This document shows positions 62,854 to 64,000 of a stretch of DNA of 64,000 nt, in pieces. The stretch is from Pelomyxa schiedti (lineage: Eukaryota > Protista > Evosea). The stretch is from positions 5,805 through 69,804 of the forward strand of contig JAHLWZ010000310.1 in assembly GCA_020536535.1 (NCBI GenBank), read 5' to 3'. Each line of letters begins with the position of its first letter. The stretch's first letter is position 1. Made by a program: the position numbers and the translations under genes. The notes beneath the pieces were generated by a model. It did not search any database and was not told the origin of the DNA. It was given only the letters and a program-made list of their open reading frames with translations.

Positions 62854-63864
62854 TTACAGCTCCTGTTGCACGTTGGTTGGCTGGACCAAGAAATATGTCT
62901 GTGTTTTGTAAGAAATTAACATATAGTTAAACTCCAGTTCATACCTTCAAATTTGTCCGGATCCATAACAGTGTGGCCTTTGTTATGAGGTGTTCCCGCA
63001 ACTTGGCAAAGTCCTTTGGTTCTCCCATTTTGCTGAGGAGAGAGTGTGCTGCCTGTTTCGCGGCATCATCAAGTGATGAGGCCTTCACCTCGCCCTGCTT
63101 CCCCACCAGGCTTAGTGCAACATATGTCTTGAACTGTTGGTATGTAAGTTGGAGTTTTTTTTTTGTACTAAATATGAGATAATTCATAGTAGTTAACCTA
63201 GGTTATCAGTTGTTTATACCGTTTCATCCCTTGGAGTTCTCGAAACTGAGGCAATTACTGCAGCACAGCGCACTAAATTGAAAATCTCGGCTGCAAGTAC
63301 ATAATTATAGCCATATTGCTGTACCTCCTTGTCACCCAGGTCCGCGTCTCTTTTCATCTCCTTTTCTGTCCAAACAACCTATGCGATCTTTAACAACGCC
63401 ACAAATCCAGTGATGCACTAAAGTATTATCTTATCTCCCCATAAGTACAAAATACAAACAGTTCAACAAAAAAAAGGGAAAAACAACTGTAACTGTAAGG
63501 TTGAAGTTAAAGAGGGCAGGAAACAAAAAAAAAAGAATCCCATAACCACTACTGTGCACACCACAGGGTGGATCTTCCTATCCATTGTGATGAGGTTCAT
63601 CACCTCGTTTTCCTTCACCTCGGGCCACACCGAGGGCAGCACCCCAGCCCCGGGCACCCCCTCCACGCTCGCCTCCACCGACGCCCCCACGACGTCCGCC
63701 ACCCACGACTCCAGCCACCCCTCCCACTCCCGCTCCTCCACCGCCCGCGAGCCCGCCCCGGACCCGTCGGGGGCCGGTGGGGGCGGCATGGTCGGCAGGA
63801 ACGACGCCGGGGGCACCTGCCCGCTGGGGGGCCGCCACTCGCGCCCCGCTGGCTCCCGCGTCAT
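62854..63864 (-). CDS. Hypothetical protein (multi-exon)
   Basis: GC-rich first exon plus open exons at about 63220-63378 and 62945-63157 bounded by GT-AG; no family recognised. Confidence 0.45.
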
Positions 63865-64000
63865 GCCCCCTCGCACGATGTTTGGGACTGCCCAAGTGTG
63901 CACACTTTTTATCGGGTTTATTAGTTTTCTCAGTCCAGAGACGAGGAACTGAGACGGAAAAAAAAGGCGTTTTCTACAAGACCATCGGCCACGGGGTGCA

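Overview
Compact, intron-rich eukaryotic (protist) genomic DNA with about 24 tightly packed genes and introns mostly 38-75 nt long. The gene style resembles an amoebozoan such as Pelomyxa/Archamoebae, but that is my impression, not a database result. Genes: DHX57-like helicase (partial), NadD/NMNAT-like nucleotidyltransferase fused to an EcKL/APH-like kinase, Rab, metallophosphoesterase, GNAT, NT-C2 protein, atypical Ras, ARF1, uronate-dehydrogenase-like SDR, Rab-like pseudoGTPase, FAM50/XAP5, C2-CaMK, AAAP transporter, RhoGAP-PH, ZIP transporter, ANK-WW-TKL kinase, EFL1, degenerate Roco, KIAA0930-like, DIS3L2, PLAC8, ankyrin-like, F-box, Sel1 and a hot-dog thioesterase. Two signals stand out, neither visible in the ORF track. 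(1) At 33458-34144 there is a tandem array of 11 phase-0 microexons (ten of 3 nt, one of 9 nt) inside the loop between two ankyrin repeats of the TKL kinase, a candidate single-codon combinatorial splicing system. A 3-nt exon that supplies the conserved Ile of the Rab KLQIWDTAG motif is an internal control that such exons are real here. (2) DIS3L2 carries a La motif, with its UUU-3'OH pocket residues conserved, inserted in its C-terminal S1 region. All gene models were spliced by hand and need RNA evidence.
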